NCBI GenBank assembly: GCA_965644315.1
Contig: CBFFRQ010000175.1
Coordinates: 1 to 7,628 of the forward strand
Length of the DNA: 7,628 bases
Reading direction: 5' to 3'
DNA from: Caecitellus pseudoparvulus
Lineage: Eukaryota; Protista; Bigyra: Bicosoecida
Under the pieces are notes generated by a model that saw only the letters and a list, made by a program, of their open reading frames with translations, was not told the DNA's origin and did not search any database. Position 1 is the stretch's first letter; the number at the start of each line of letters is the position of its first letter. The translations under genes and the position numbers were made by a program. This document shows, in pieces, positions 6,723 through 7,628 of this stretch.

Positions 6723-7628
6723 TCACTCTGAGCGTGAAGCCTTGCCTGCCGGAGATAATCTTCCTGATCTTGTGTGTGACCGTGGCCGCTTCCTCGTTGA
6801 CAAAGCAGCTCGCAGCAGCACCATGGCGCGCCGCCCTTGCCGAGTGCTCGTGCCGCCCCACACGGCATCCTTGCCCGGCTCCACAGCTGCCTGTCCAGCC
6901 TCAAGTCGTGCATACACTGAGGTGGTGCGATGGCCCGTGAGGCCCAGAAGCTCTCGAACCACATCGACATGCCCATTCTGACAGGCAACATGGAAGGCAA
7001 ACTCAAGCCATTCCGCAGGCCCTGCGTGTACATCCACCTCACGATGCCCGCTTAAAGCCAACAGCTCTCGGACAACATCCGCGTGGCCGTTTGCGCAAGC
7101 TGCTCGGAAGCCAGCCTCAGGAACACCCCCAAACCCAGCGTGCACGTCCACCTCACGATGCCCAGTCAGCGCCAGCAACTCCCGCACCACATCCACGTGG
7201 CCATTCTGGCAGGCAGCTCGGAAGCAATACTCTGGTTCTTCCTCAGGCCCAGCATGCACATCAACCTCACGATGTCCGGTCAGTGCCAGCAGCTCCCGCA
7301 TCACATCAATGTGGCCGTTCTGGCAAGCAAGTCCGAAGCCAACCTCAGGCCCGTTCTCATCTCCAGCGTGCACGTCCACCTCACGATGCCCACTCAAAGC
7401 CAGTAGCTCTCGGACAACATCCACGTGGCCGTTTGCGCAAGCTGCTCGGAAGCCAGCCTCAGGAACACCCCCAAACCCAGCGTGCACGTCCACCTCACGA
7501 TGCCCAGTCAGCGCCAATAGCTCCCGCACCACATGAACATGGCCATTCTGGCAGGCAGCTCGGAAGCCAGCCTCAGGAACACCCCCAAACCCAGCATGCA
7601 CATCAACCTCACGATGCCCGGTCAGTGC
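6723..7628 (-). CDS. Ankyrin-like repeat protein C, 5'-partial (at least 6 repeats plus basic C-terminal tail)
   Basis: The frame is open to the window edge (7628-7599 = ALTGHREVDV). Same 38-aa repeat and 91-aa terminal block; TGA at 6723-6725. Confidence 0.9.
   Translation of the reverse strand, partial: ALTGHREVDVHAGFGGVPEAGFRAACQNGHVHVVRELLALTGHREVDVHAGFGGVPEAGFRAACANGHVDVVRELLALSGHREVDVHAGDENGPEVGFGLACQNGHIDVMRELLALTGHREVDVHAGPEEEPEYCFRAACQNGHVDVVRELLALTGHREVDVHAGFGGVPEAGFRAACANGHADVVRELLALSGHREVDVHAGPAEWLEFAFHVACQNGHVDVVRELLGLTGHRTTSVYARLEAGQAAVEPGKDAVWGGTSTRQGRRAMVLLRAALSTRKRPRSHTRSGRLSPAGKASRSE

Overview
GC-rich, probably eukaryotic (protist-like) DNA: the ATGs sit in Kozak-type gccATGG/accATGG contexts and have no Shine-Dalgarno. 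It holds a head-to-tail array of four intronless paralogous genes on the minus strand, each encoding an atypical 38-aa (114-nt) ankyrin-like repeat protein: C (>7628-6723, partial), B (6483-5713, 4 repeats), A (4689-2779, 14 repeats) and D (2540-<1). Gene D is cleanly split by a 2200-nt insertion (36-2235) that the ORF track misses; deleting it restores the reading frame exactly, with no target-site duplication. The insertion has 13-nt asymmetric subterminal inverted repeats, stacked terminal mini-hairpins and an internal perfect 26-bp hairpin, and most resembles a non-autonomous rolling-circle element of the Helitron2/Helentron type. The repeats have a fixed framework with hypervariable surface positions, and modules appear to be shuffled within and between genes. 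The three genes whose 3' end is visible share a conserved basic C-terminal tail, and the three visible start codons share an invariant 17-nt upstream motif. Together this suggests a rapidly diversifying binding-protein repertoire. Most other ORFs in the track are antisense or shadow frames.
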